Below are positions 1-12,697 of a stretch of 64,000 nt of DNA, in pieces. This DNA comes from Prorocentrum cordatum (Eukaryota). The translations under genes and the position numbers were made by a program. Below the pieces are notes generated by a model. It did no database searches. It saw only the letters and a list, made by a program, of their open reading frames with translations, and had not been told where the DNA came from. Within the stretch, counting starts at the first letter, position 1. Every line of letters starts with the position of its first letter. The stretch is from positions 744,001 to 808,000 of the forward strand of contig CAUYUJ010000003.1 in assembly GCA_963575745.1 (NCBI GenBank), written 5' to 3'.

Positions 1-790
1 GACCTTACGCGGTGGCTTGCGCGGGCCGCTGGCGCGGGCCGCCACGTTGTAAGCGAGGGCGCCTACGCGCGACTTTATGCGGGCTGCTTACGCGCCAATG
101 TCGGTTCTTCTGCCGCTCATGTGAAGAACGGTCTGCATTCCGTTTACGGCAAGACAGTTGCATACACACAGTTCAGCACATGCGGGAGAGAAGGGTTGCA
201 GCAGCGCTCCCCCACCTCCGCAGCAATCTGCCTCTGAGGCCCCACACAGGGCCGTGCTAGCAGCACGCATTTTGCACTGTACACGCGTTGAGTCCAGGAC
301 AAAAGTCACAGGAGGGCAGTGAAGGAGAGAGGGGTTAACTCTGGATGGGGCATCCATCAAGATGGGAGGATGATTGACCTTCCGACGGAGCTTGCCCATT
401 CCCCCCCCCTCTCCCTCCTCCTCCTCCTCCTCCTCCTCCTCCTCCTCCTCCTCCTCCTCCTTATGCTCCTCCTCTTCCTCCTCCTCCTCCTCTACCTCCT
501 TCCCCTCCACATCCTCGCACACTCCACCTCTAACCGTTCTGACAGCACGTGCCCAACTACTCCCGCGGATCCAAGAGGGGGTGATTATTGCCACATCCAG
601 AGTAACGAAAGGGGGAGGATTCACTCACGGGGAGAAAGCGTGAATTTGAACGACAAAAAGAAACGAGTCTAACGTAGGATGACATAACGACCTTACGCCG
701 TGGCTTGCGCAGGCCGCAAGCCCGGCACACTGCGTGGAGAAGAGGGCGCTCACCGGCGGCCCTACGCGGGAAGCTTACGCGCCAACGTCA
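1..790. repeat. Diverged direct repeat of about 100 bp (1-105 and 689-790) enclosing a (CCT)n tract at about 410-500
   Basis: GACCTTACGC(G/C)GTGGCTTGCGC(G/A)GGCCGC and ...GCTTACGCGCCAA(T/C)GTC occur at both sites. Confidence 0.6.
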
Positions 791-1022
791 CGCGCAGACG
801 GCCCCCTGCTCTTCCCTCGCCCACTGGGACTTCCCTACACATCGCAGACAGATCGGCGTTAGACCCCCGACGGCAGCAGCAGTTGCTCGCGGGCGGGGTG
901 GGGCACCCAGCCCCCCGGGCCCCCATTGGCGACGAAGGGACCCTTGGGAGTCGGTGTGCCACCCCCCCCTGCGCCAGTCTCCCCCTGTCGGCGCCCATGC
1001 GAGGGGGGCTCAGCGCATCAGC

Positions 1023-2447
1023 TCACGCGGCTGCTTTCCACGGCGCCCCCCAACACGGGCCGGCGTCAGCGTCGGAGGTGCAATAGGGCCGTGAGGAGAT
1101 CGCTCGGCGGCGTGGCCGAGACCAGCTGCACGCAGCAGATGCCGTGCCCCCCCACCGTCCACAACTCCCCTCCCTCGTCCGGCCCGAGAAGGGCAGCGTG
1201 AACGAGGCGGTGGCGCCATGGAGGTATGACAGCGCCAGGGGGCTGAGCGCCATTCCCAAGTTCTGCATGGCCGTCGTGAGCCCCATGGCGGTCCCGTGGG
1301 CTGTGGGCGGGGTGACCAAGGGAATGCACGGCCAGATCACGCTGCCAAAGAGACTCAGGGCCATGCCAATGACCACGTAGAATGCCGTGACCGACCAGCA
1401 CTGATAGCAGGCAGGATAGACCAGCAAGCCAGCGTTGCACGCGATGAAGGTAAGTGTCCCAAGCACCATGATCATTGGCCTCTGGCCCCAACGGTCAGCG
1501 GAGAGGCCCGCGATAGGTGAGGCGAAGGCGGACACAAGATTCGGCAACGACGTGATGAAGTCGGCCTGCTTCTCATCGAAGCCGAAGCGGCCCTGCAGAT
1601 ACGGAGTGCTGGTCACCTGCAGGAACGGGAACGCCGCCACATACACAGAGACGCAGGTCAGCGCGACGAGCCAGAAGAGCCTGCCGAAGCTCAGGCAATC
1701 GGACAAATTGACGACCTCCTCGCCAGACGCCGCCTGGCCTGCTGGGGTGACGAGGGTCCTGGCACTGATCCGCCGCTCGCCCAGCCAGTCGAGCCACACG
1801 GTGCATACCGCGGCTCCGAACGAGAGAAGGCAAATGAACAAGCCGCAGAGGCTCGCTTCCGTCACCGAGCCTGCGCTGACGAGCTGAGGCTGCGTGTTGA
1901 AGACGGCGACCGATCCAAGCCTCGAGACCGCGATGTTCACCGCCATTGCGAATGCGAGCTCTTTCCCGGCAAACCATCTGGAAATGATAGTGAGGCTGGC
2001 CACGTTCTGGCTCTCGCCACCGAACCCGAAGACCAGCCGCCCCATCACGAGCAGGGCGATCGATCGCTGCCACAGCCCGACGGTGAAGATCAGGGACCCG
2101 AGTGTAACCAAGCCCGTGAAAGCCAGGGTCGAGGCGCGCACCCCCACTCTGTCGATCAGGAGGCCGCCGAAGAGCGGAAGGACCACGTTTGGCCAGGAGT
2201 AGACCGAGGACAGCAGACCGAAGGTGGTGTCCGTCATTCCCGTTCGGGCTATTATCGCCGCCTGTGTCGCCGAGGTCTGATCGAAGAAGTAGAAATTGCC
2301 GAACATGAACGAAGCCGTGGAACACAATATGCAGAACCGGATTCTGGAGGAGCCCGGCTGACCAACAAACGACACCGAGGCTTCACCATTCGAGCTGTCC
2401 CTGCTCTTGGCTCGGGGAATAAGTGAATCCCCGCCGAAAGCCGACAT
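1023..2447 (-). CDS. Major facilitator superfamily transporter, MFSD1-like. One long exon; homology ends at about 1185 and the last TM helix is probably on an unlocated exon
   Basis: 481-aa ORF with about 11 hydrophobic helices. Contains FGNFYFFDQ, LSSVYSWPNVVLPLFGGLLIDRVGVR (motif A), GRLVFGFGGES, RWFAGKELAFAM and GTAMGLTTAMQNLG. First ATG at 2447. Sequence after LPFS (1185) is not MFS-like. Confidence 0.85.
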   Translation of the reverse strand: MSAFGGDSLIPRAKSRDSSNGEASVSFVGQPGSSRIRFCILCSTASFMFGNFYFFDQTSATQAAIIARTGMTDTTFGLLSSVYSWPNVVLPLFGGLLIDRVGVRASTLAFTGLVTLGSLIFTVGLWQRSIALLVMGRLVFGFGGESQNVASLTIISRWFAGKELAFAMAVNIAVSRLGSVAVFNTQPQLVSAGSVTEASLCGLFICLLSFGAAVCTVWLDWLGERRISARTLVTPAGQAASGEEVVNLSDCLSFGRLFWLVALTCVSVYVAAFPFLQVTSTPYLQGRFGFDEKQADFITSLPNLVSAFASPIAGLSADRWGQRPMIMVLGTLTFIACNAGLLVYPACYQCWSVTAFYVVIGMALSLFGSVIWPCIPLVTPPTAHGTAMGLTTAMQNLGMALSPLALSYLHGATASFTLPFSGRTREGSCGRWGGTASAACSWSRPRRRAISSRPYCTSDADAGPCWGAPWKAAA

Positions 2448-2562
2448 CCCCTCGGATGCGCGACTCACCCATGTGCAAGTGACACTCTATGTAAAATGCC
2501 TGAACCGTGATGGAGCACGCGCCCGTGCATATGGAATATGGTTGAAAGAGTGTCTGTTACAT

Positions 2563-3330
2563 AGGTATGTATGTATGCATGCATGCATGTGTGTATGTAT
2601 GTATATATACATACGGGTATGCATGTATGCATGAATTCGTGTGTGAATGTATGTATGCATGCATGCACGTATGTATGTATGTATGTATGTATGTATGTAT
2701 GTATGTGTATGTATGTGTGTATGTATGTATGTATGTATGTTTGTATGTATGTATGTATATATGTATTTATGTATGTATGTGTGTATGTGTTAATGCATAT
2801 ATGTATGTATATATGTGTAGTTGCATATGTATGTGTGTATGTATGTATGTCTGGATGTATGGGTGTATGGATGTATGGGTGTATGGATGTATATGTATGT
2901 ATATGGATGTATGTGTATGTATGTATGTTTATAGGTATGGGTGTATGTAGATATGTGTGTATGGATGGATGGGTGGATGTCTGGATGTGTATATGTATGT
3001 TTGCAGGATTGCTTGTATGTCTGTATGCCTGTATGCATGTGTGTATGTAGGTATGTGTGTATGTAGGTATGTGTGTATGTGTGTATGTATGTATGTATGT
3101 ATGCATGTTTGTATGTATGTATGTATGTATGTATGGATGTATGTATGTATGTATGGTTGCATGGCTGCGTGTATGTATGTATGTATGCACGTATGTATAA
3201 ATGTGTGTATGTTTGCATGTATGTATGTATGCATGTATGTATGAATGTATGTATGCACGTATGCACGTAAGTGTGTTTATGTATGTAAGCATATCTGTAT
3301 GTCTGAATGTATGTATGTGTATCGGTATGT
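2563..3330. repeat. Degenerate (TATG)n microsatellite
   Basis: Long imperfect gtat/tatg run. Confidence 0.95.
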
Positions 3331-4886
3331 TGACGTGCTTGGACTTGGACTGAGGTAAACCTTCGCTTTTAGGGGTGGAAACATTTGAAGACTCAACTAT
3401 TTTTCCCACCATGTGCGCGGCCAGCCGGCACGACCTCTTCATGCGTATGCGCGCAACGAACAGCTGGTCTAACAGACACATCACACACACCCGAGGAGTA
3501 ATCAAACCAGTCGGGGATGTACTATCAAAATGTCAGCGGGGCCCGAGCTGTAGAACGAGTGCATGACAAGTGCTTGTAAATCGAGTGCATGTGGGCAAAC
3601 TGCCATGGGTACCATGCTCACTAATGGTCGCTGATGCGTGCGCTGGGTGACCCCAAAGCCGAGGCTGACGAGTCAAATGTGTATGCTGACTAAAAAAGTA
3701 CTGGCTACAGACCTGGCCATTTGCACACTGTGTGAGAAAGCAGAAACGCATAGCTCAGGAAGCCAAAAGGATTGCTGAGTACGCAGGGGACGAGCATGGA
3801 AAAATATGATGGATTACCAAGAGTGCCGAGATGAACAAACGAGCAGCATGAAGGGTGAGATAGGCATGACCGCAACGGAACGATACTGGAGCAAGGCGCG
3901 CGCAGCCAATTTCCAGCTACCCCTCCGCACCACCGCCGCGGTGGTGCCAAGCTGCCCAGCTGGACGCCGAAGGCGTCATTGGCAAACGCACCGCGCCGAA
4001 GCGCGGCGACTCCGGAGCCCTCACAGAAACGACTACGCGTAGTCGCGGGAGGGCTCGCTTCTCCGCCGAGCGCGCGCGGGCCCTGCCACCGCTCCGCAGC
4101 ACCTACGGCAAGGTTCCTGTCCTGCCGACTTCGGCGCTGGCCTCTGACACCGCGGAGATCGTTCAACCTCGCACGCTCGGCCGTTTCCGAAACGTCAGAT
4201 CGTTCACCACCGACCGAGTTTCTGGGCCGCCGCCGGCGCTCAACGTCGAACGCAGGCGGCGAGGCCGCCGCCGGTCGGCACGACGGGAGCCTGCCGCACC
4301 AGACAGGCCCGGCTGTCACTGCCACGCGCGGAGGCGCGCCCACTTGGGGAGCGGCCCCGCCCGGGGCGCGCACTGGCGAGGTCTTCGAGGCGAGTCCAGC
4401 CGTGGTGCCAGGACTTCGAGGCGGGTCCTAGCCGTGGCGGCGCGTAGCGGTTATGGCTGGAGGGGGAAGGAACGGCGCAGCATGAAACTGTCGGAGCTGC
4501 TTGCGGCTGTCCCGGATCTGCCCACTAGGGCCACCCAGATTAGACAAGCGCGCTGCACGACTCACAAGGGAACTGCTCGCAAATGACGAGGCAGAAAAAA
4601 GGCGTACGCGTAAAACTTCCGACGGCCCGCAAGAAACGCCGACACAATGTGCTTATGCCACTTCTTGTTTATCGAAGGCGGTCATCGTGCTACCACAAGC
4701 AACGCTGAACAAAGCAACGAGGGAGCGTTTCTGGCCACGGCGAGCCTCGGCCGCGCATAGGCTCCCAGACCTAGCATCTAAGGAGCGGCCCGAAAACCAG
4801 ATCCCCTCCTGAGCCCAAGGACTGTATGTTCATGCCGTCTTCTGTTGCTCGAATATTGTCCTTCTTGGACCTCCGCTGCCACGCGC

Positions 4887-5051
4887 TCAGCGGCGCGCCA
4901 GCGCGCGGCGGGCGGCCTGCAATACGCGCTCCACGCGCTCCACGTCGGGCGGGTCCGCGTCCGAGGGGGCGCCGGAGCTCTCCGCCGCGGCGAGCTGACC
5001 CGGGCGAGCGGGGGCACCGCCGCCGGGCGAGCGGTGGCGCGCCTCGACGGC
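4887..5051 (-). CDS. Putative terminal exon of an unknown host gene (AVEARHRSPG...RVLQAARRALARR*)
   Basis: AAG|G acceptor at 5052/5051. 165 nt, 55 codons ending in TGA at 4887. GC3-rich and in phase with the 5393-5464 exon. Confidence 0.55.
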   Translation of the reverse strand, partial: AVEARHRSPGGGAPARPGQLAAAESSGAPSDADPPDVERVERVLQAARRALARR

Positions 5052-5289
5052 CTTGACGGCGACCGACGCCCGACGACCACGACCACAACCACGGGCCACG
5101 GGCCACGGGCCACGGCGGGCGGGCGACGCCGGGCGACCACGGCCACGACCACGGCCACGGCCACGACGACGACCGCGACCACGACCACCACCACGACCAC
5201 AATTGCGACTACGACCATGACCACGGCCACGACCACGGCCACGGCGGGCGACGGCGGGCGACGGCGGACGATGACGTTGACGACGAAGC

Positions 5290-5355
<66 letters not shown>

Positions 5356-5392
5356 CAGCGGCGGCGGCGGCGGCGGCGACGCCGACGGCCGC
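5052..5392. repeat. (GAC/GGC/CAC)n trinucleotide tract filling a predicted GC-AG intron
   Basis: gacgacgac and ggccac runs; on the minus strand the interval starts with GC and ends with AG. Confidence 0.75.
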
Positions 5393-5464
5393 CTGGCACT
5401 GACGGCGGAGCTCCTGCGCGCGCTTCAGGTCTCGCAGGCTGCGCTTCGGGGGCGGCCCAGCCTC
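5393..5464 (-). CDS. Putative penultimate exon of the same unknown gene (EAGPPPKRSLRDLKRAQELRRQCQ)
   Basis: CAG|G acceptor, 72 nt, CAG|GC donor; phase-0 join to 5051. Confidence 0.55.
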
Positions 5465-5864
5465 CTGGCCGGTTGAGCCCCGTAGGACCCGCCGTTTGCG
5501 CGATTACAACAAAACATATGACCAAGAAGACGACAACTTAAGAAACCTGGGCCAGCTTTCCAGAACTTTTGCTGTACACAAGCCTGGACCAAATGTTAGT
5601 GTCAACGCTGGAAGGGCGCACGCGCTCAAGATACTGAGCCAGCGTTCCGGCAAGTTGGTTAAGAAACAATGGCCCAGCTTTTCGGGAGAAGATGTTTGTG
5701 TCAAATGCTCGACTGTACAACCAGCTGTTTTCTTCCCAACCATCCTGTTCTGTTGAGTCGTTTTGAAAAGACAGCGCCCCGCGTTCCTTCTTTTCCTTCT
5801 TCATCCCTCTCCTCCCTCCCATCCCCGCTTCTGCCCTGCATACGCCCTCATCTCATCACCATCA

Positions 5865-8170
5865 CATGCGTACCCGAACCCAGTTTGGCACACCCCTGAC
5901 ACGCTTCGTGGTCCCATGGGAAGCTCCACCGAAGTCCCCAGCGGCAGGGTCCGCATGGCGTACCAGCACCCGATTCGGCACACCCCTCACACGCTTCGTG
6001 ACGCCATAGGGAGCTCCACCGAAGGCACCAGCGGCAAGGTCCGCATGGCGTACGCGCGCTCGATTTAGGCACACCCCTCACGCGTTTCGTGGCTCCAGAG
6101 GAAGCTCCACAGGAGGCACCAGCGGCAGGGTCTGCATGCCGCACCCGCACCCTATCCGGCACACCCCGCACACGTTTCGCGGCCCGATGGGAGCTACACC
6201 GAAGGCAACAGCGGCAGGGCCCGCATGGCACACTCGCGCCCGATTCTGCTCACCCTTCATACGTCTCGTGTTTCCGAAGGGAGCTCCACCGAAAGGCCCC
6301 AGCGGCAGGGTCCGCATGGCGTGCCCGCATCCGATTCGGCAAACCCCTCACACGTTGTGTGGCCCCATAAAAGGCTTTATCAAAGGCCCCATTGGCAGGG
6401 TCCCCATGCCGCACTCGCCCCTATTTCGGCACTCCCGTCACTCCTCACCCCATGTTTCTTTTCAGTGACCTCGCGATACCTGAAGCCCCAGATGGCTGGA
6501 CCCTTGGCCCGGATAAGTTTCATGTTATCCTGGTAACCTTCCGCGGCCCCGCTGGCCCGCCACTGAAATCTCCGTGGGGCCGCGGAAGCATACCAGGTAA
6601 GCCAGAAGAGCATGAGCACATACCGCCAATGTGTTTCACACTGAACAATATGAAAACGCCATGAGCACCATTGACTCTCGCAATTTCCCGACCATCCTGT
6701 GGTGTTCGGTCCTCGCTTTGGAAAGACAGCGCCCCGCGTCCTCCTTCTCCTCCTCCTCCTCATCTTCATCCTCGTCTTCCCTTTCATGTTTCCTCCCCTA
6801 CATACCTTTAAATTCCTCTGGTCAACCAGCTGGGCACACCCCTCACACGATCCGTGTACCTCTCCACCGAACGACGTTCGGATGCGTCCCCCCCACCCAT
6901 TTCGGCACATCCCTCCCATACTTCGTGGCCCCATAGGGCAGAGTCCGCATGGCGTACCCGCGCCCGATTCGGCACACCCCGCACACCCATCGACGTTCGC
7001 ACCGAAGGCCCACTGCAGGCCCCAGTGGCGGCGTTCGCAGCGCTTCGTGGTCCCACAAGTAGATCAGCCGAAGGCCCCGGTGGCGACGTCCGCATGCGCC
7101 CCTCCACTCAGTACAGTGCTTCGTGGCCCCACAAGGAGCTCCACCGAAGGCCCCGGTGGCGACATTCGCACGCGTCCGCCCCACCCGTTGCAGCGGCTCG
7201 TGGCCCCCATGAGGAGCTCCAGCGGAGGCCCCAGAGGCGACGTCCGCATGCGCCCGCCCCACCCAATACAACGCTTTGTGGCCCCATAGGGAGCTCCACC
7301 GGAGGCCCTGGCGGCGACGTTCACATGCGTCCGCCCCAACCCACCACCGCAAGCCCCCGTGGATGCGTTCGCATGCGTCCGCCCCACACAGTACAACGCT
7401 TCGTGGCCCCATGGGGAGCTCCACCGATGGCCGGAGTGGCGACGTTCGCATGCGTCCGCCCCACACATTAAAACTTTTCGCGCCCCTATCAAGAGCAGAA
7501 CACCCCAGCAGCAACGTTCGCATGCGTCCGTCCCGCCCAATACAGCGCTTCGTGGCCCCACCAGGAGCTCCACCGAAAGGCCAGTGGCGACATTTGCATG
7601 TGTCAGCCCTGCCCAATATAGCGTTTCGTCGCCCCGTAGGGAATTCGACCGAAGCCCCTTGGCGACGTTCGCTTCGTTGGCCCATGCGGCGCTCCACCGA
7701 AGGCCCGACCCACTTGCGACGTCCGCATGCGTCCGCCTTGCCCAGTACAGCGCTTCGTGGCCCCATAGGGAGATCCACCGAGGCCCCTATTGCAACGTTC
7801 GCATGCGCCCGCTTCACCCACTACAGCGCTTCGTGCCCCCCTAGGAGCTCCACCAAAGGCCCCGATGACGACCTCGCATGCGTTCGCTCCACCAAATACA
7901 ATGCTACGTGGCCCCACGGGGAGCTCCACCGAACGCCCCGGTGGCGACGTTCGAATGCGTCCCCAGCTCATTTCGGCACACCCCATCACGCGCTTCGTGG
8001 CGTCATACGGAGCTCCACCGAAGGCCCCAGTGGCGACGTTCGCATGCGTCCCCCCTCCTCATTTCGGCACACCAAATACAACGACTTGTGGCCCCACAGG
8101 GAGCTCCACCGAAGGCCCCAATGACGACCCGCCCCATGTCGGAACAACCGTCACACCCTTCGTGGCCCGA
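5865..8170 (+). repeat. Satellite with a 77-90 bp unit (core GAGCTCCACCGAAGGCCCCAG...CGCATG), interrupted at about 6450-6830
   Basis: Core recurs at 5921, 6011, 6102, 6191 and 6281 (90-bp period) and at about 7136, 7214 and 7291 (about 77 bp). More forward units at about 9680-9990. Confidence 0.9.
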
Positions 8171-8439
8171 TAGGGGTGTATATCGGAGGTGAGAGGGCGA
8201 GATCGAAGTGGAACGGAGGTCCCCCTACCGGGAAATCGGTTTCGGTTTCGTGTTCGCGCGTGCCGTGCGTGCGGGCGAGGCGAAGCTGCGTGGGCGGGCG
8301 AGAAATAAGTCTCCTGTAGCTGAGGCGCGGCCGGACCAAAAGTCTCCCTTCCGGCAACCGGTGCCCCGCGGTGTCCCGCCGGTGTCCCGCTCGGGGGCCG
8401 GTGGCGCGCGGTGTCCCGCCGGTGTCCCGCCGGTGTCCC

Positions 8440-8490
8440 GATGATGATGGTGATGATGCTGATGATGCTGATGATGTTGATGATGTTGAC

Positions 8491-8545
<55 letters not shown>

Positions 8546-9222
8546 GTGATGGTGTCCCGATGATGATGGTGATGATGATGATGTTGACGATGTCGATGAT
8601 AATGATGATGATGGTGATGATGATGATGGTGCCGATGATGGTGATGTTGATGATGATGTTGCTGGTGGTGAGTATGATGATGGTGCCCCGATGATGATGA
8701 CCATGATGTTGATGAGCGTGATGATGTAGATGATGATCATATGATTTGATGATGATAATGAACATGATGATGACGGTGTCCCGATGATGATAATGATGAG
8801 GTTGTTAATGGTGCTGTTGATGATGATGGTGATGGTCATGATGGTGTCCCGATGATGATGATGAGAATGATAATGGTGATGACGATGATGGTGTCCCGAT
8901 GATGATGATGTTGATGATGAGGGTGATGGTGAGGTGCTGATAATTTTGATGGTCGTGGCCCAATGATGGTGATGATGATGCTGCTGTTAGTGATGATGAG
9001 GGTTTCCAGATGATGTTGATGATGATGGTGATGATGGTGATGATGACGATGGTGACGATGGTGATGGTGTTCCGATGATGATGTTGGTGATGATGTTGTT
9101 GATCATGATGATTATGGTGTCCCGGTGATGATGATGATCTTGATGATGTTGTTCCTGATCATGATGATGAGATGATGATGATGATGATGGTGGCCTTCTG
9201 GTGATGATGGTGATAGTGCCCC

Positions 9223-9256
<34 letters not shown>

Positions 9257-9600
9257 GTGATGCTGGTGACGACGATGGTGCCCCAACGATGATGATGACG
9301 ATGATGATGTTGATGATGATGTTGATGATGATGGTGATGAGGTGATGATGATGATGATGGTGTCCCTATGATGCTGATGATGATAACATTGATTGTGAGA
9401 TCGATGATGGTATCGACAATGAGATCGATAGTTAGACCGGATGTGAGATCGATTGTGAGATCGATAGTCAGATCGTTTGTGAGATCGATCGAATGAAACA
9501 GATCGAGTGGGATCGATTGTGAGATCGATCGAGTAAGGTCGATCGAGCAAGACGGATGGTGACATCGATAGTTAGATCGATGGTGAGACCGATCGAGTGA
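8440..9600. repeat. (GAT)n microsatellite punctuated by GGTGTCCCGATG, grading into GATCGATTGTGA repeats
   Basis: Direct inspection. Confidence 0.9.
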
Positions 9601-10214
9601 GACGTTGGTTCCTCCCCCCTGAACCCCCTTATCACCCGAAGGGTGGCCGTATAGGTGTGTGTGTGTATATATATACTATACGGCCCTTGTGGCAGCGCCC
9701 GCAAAGCGACCACGCCCCACTCTAATATACCCCTCACAATTTTCGTGGCCCCTAAGGGACCTCCACCGAAAGGCCACAGTGGCGACATTCGCTTGCGGCC
9801 GCCCCACATGTTCGGGCACACCGCCCGACGGCCCAAATGACGGCCCCATTACACGACCGTGGCCTCACTTCGGGGGGCCACTCCTAAAGTCCAAGTACAG
9901 CGCCCGCACGGTGGCACCGCCTCATATCGGCACACCCTTTACACGCCCCGTGGTCCAATGAGGAAAACCACCGAAGGCGACACCCACAACGGCGATACCT
10001 ACATCTGCATATGATTGGGCCGTTCGCCAGGATAATTGTTATGGCGCGGACTCCCACGCCTGAAAGCCTTGTGTAGCAGCCGTTACAACAAGGAGTCCTT
10101 GTGTGGCGACCTTCCAAAACTACTTCAAGTGCGGGGCATCTGCGATGGCCGCCACGCGTAATTATCTGGATCCGAGCGATCCCCACCGAAACCTTCGGCG
10201 TTTTGTCCCGAAGG

Positions 10215-10945
10215 TGTTATGTCATGCCGTGCTATGCTGTGTTTCGCTATGATTTAGCATCGTATGCCGCGCTCTGTCATGTTATGCTGTGTCATGGTAT
10301 GTGATATAGTGTGTTGTGATGATGTGGTATGCGGCGGTTCGTTGTGCCATGTTATACTATGTGCTGATACGCAGTGTCATGGTATGATATGTTATGTTGT
10401 TGTATGTTCTAGATGCCCTTATATGCCATAACATACGGTGGTATGATGTGTTACGTTATGACATAGTATGTCATGACATGCAATGATGTGGAATGGTATG
10501 TGGTGGCCTGGTCGGCTCTGCGTTGAGTTGTTATGGCGTACTTGCTCTGCCAAGGTATGGAATGACATGTGCTGCGATGCTGTGTCATGGTGTGGTTGGT
10601 TATGTCATGCTACAGTACGGGGTGCTCTGTTATGCCATGGTGTGTTATGAGGTGTTATGGTATGTTTTGTTATGTGTGCTCTGATATGTCACATCGTGCG
10701 CTGGTACGGTCATATGTCATGATATGTGATTATGTGGCACGTTGTGCTATGGTTTGTTAATTTCTGCGTTGATTTCGTGTGGCATGCTTGATTTGTCATA
10801 GTATGGAATGATATGTGCTGTGATGATGTGCAATGGTATACACTGCTCTGTCATGGTGTGTTGTGTTACGAAATGGTATGTCATGATATGGTATCCCATG
10901 CTCGGATCTGCTCTGTTCGGTGGTGTGGTGTTATGCTCTGCTCTG
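10215..10945. repeat. Degenerate pentamer satellite (GTTAT/GTCAT/GCTAT)
   Basis: Direct inspection. Confidence 0.8.
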
Positions 10946-10949
10946 TGGG

Positions 10950-11215
10950 GACCAGGGGATCTGGCGGCCGCGGCATGCAGAGTGGGCGAGTCGGCGCGGG
11001 GGGTGGAACCACCAGGGATTATCGGGGGACCAGGAGATCTGGCGGCCGCAGTATGCAGAATGGGCGAGTCGACGCGGGGGGCGGGACCACCAAGGATTAT
11101 TGGGATCCTGGGGATCTGGCGGCCGCGGTATGCAGGGCCGCGGGGGGGTGGCTGGACCACCAAGGATTCTCGGGAGCCTGGGGATCTGGCGGTCGCGGTA
11201 TGCAGGGCCGGCGGT
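10950..11215. repeat. Minisatellite, about 70-78 bp x 4 (GGATCTGGCGGCCGC...ACCACCAAGGATT)
   Basis: GATCTGGCGG recurs at about 10958, 11035, 11113 and 11183. Confidence 0.85.
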
Positions 11216-12697
11216 CCAGGAAGTCTGTCCTTCAATTCTAACGACCCCAACCTGCCGATCGGGGAAACCATGTTTTTGACATTCTTTACACACGGATTCC
11301 AGTTGTTGCGATCGTGCAGACGGCTAACAATTGTGGAGGACCTGCAGCGGCCCCCAACATTGAAGTCATATTCTAGCAGCCTGTACAAATGGATCATTGT
11401 GCGGCGGTCTTGCACCAGATATCTTTTTGTGCCGGCTGCTACAAAAATGATCTTCATGGTGGCGAGTTTGGGAAGGTCACCACAAAACTATTCCCTGTTG
11501 TAAGGGCTGCTATAAGAGGATGTCAAATATGGGGAATGCTGCACCATAAAGATAACGGGAGTCAGAGGTGTTCCCAGCTTGTTTCATCGCGTCCCATGTG
11601 GTGACACATGTGTTTATGGTGTTTCCTGTGTTTGTTCCTGTTGTCCTGGTAAACTTTAGCAGCCCCACGGAGGCGAGGATATCCCAGGAGACAGTGGCAA
11701 CGATGCCGAGGAGAACCATCAAGAGCAGGAGGAAAAGGAAGAGGGAGGACATTCGACGAGTCTACATAAAGAGAGACCTCTCCTGGCGATGGATCCAATC
11801 ATAAGCAATTGTGAGTACCGTCGTCGTGAGTATCGCCTGCGGTGGATCTCCATATGCGGCCACGAAGCGCGTGAAAGGTGTGCCTAACTGTGGCGGGGCC
11901 GCCATGCGGGCGCTGCCACTGGGGCCGTCAGGCATCGCGAGGAAAATGAGATTAAGGAGGGGGGCCAGCAACAGGGGCCATTTGGGCCTTCGGTGGAGCA
12001 CCGTATGAGGCCACGACACGTGTGAGAGGTTCGCCGAAATAAAGGGTGAAACCTCATGTGGGCGCTGCGGCTGGGGCCTCAAGGGGAGGCCCCACTGGGG
12101 CCACGAAACGTGTCGGGGGGTCGCGGGAATGGATGGTGGAATCGCATGTGGGCGCTGCAACAAAGGCCTTCGGTGGAGCTCCCGATGGGGCCTCGAACCG
12201 TGCAATCGGTCTGCCAAATTGGGGGGTGGAACCGCGTGTGGGCGCTGCCACTGGGGCCTTCGGTGGAGCTCCCCATGGGGCCATGGAACGTGCGAGGCAC
12301 CGCAGTGGGGGTGAAACTGCTTGCGGGCGCTGTCACTGGGTCCTTCGGAGGAGCTCCCTATGGGGCCACGACGCGCGTCAGGGTTGCACCGGCATTGGGG
12401 TGGAACTGCATGCGCTCGCTGCCACTGGATCATTCGGTGGAGCTCCCTATGGGGCCACGGAACATGTGAGGGGAATGCCGACATGGGAGTGGAACTGTAT
12501 GCGGGCTCTGCCACTGGATCATTCGGTGGAGCTCCCTAGGGGGCCACGAAGCGAGTGAGGGATGCGCCGACATGGGGGTGGAACTGCATGCAGGCGCTGC
12601 CACTGGGGCCTTAACTGCATGCAGGCGCTGCCACTGGGGCCTTCGGTGGAGCTCCCTATGAGGCCACGAAGCGCGCGATGGGTGCATCGGAATGAGG

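Noticed and set aside
2465..3505. Long HTYI/MYVC-repeat ORFs
   Set aside because: Translations of the (TATG)n microsatellite
6843..9565. Many overlapping 150-320 aa ORFs and poly-His/Asp/Met ORFs
   Set aside because: Products of a GC-rich satellite and (GAT)n; no domain signatures
10747..11800. 236-aa and 231-aa ORFs in the foldback core as a gene or transposase
   Set aside because: Half is minisatellite and no catalytic motif is recognisable; left unassigned
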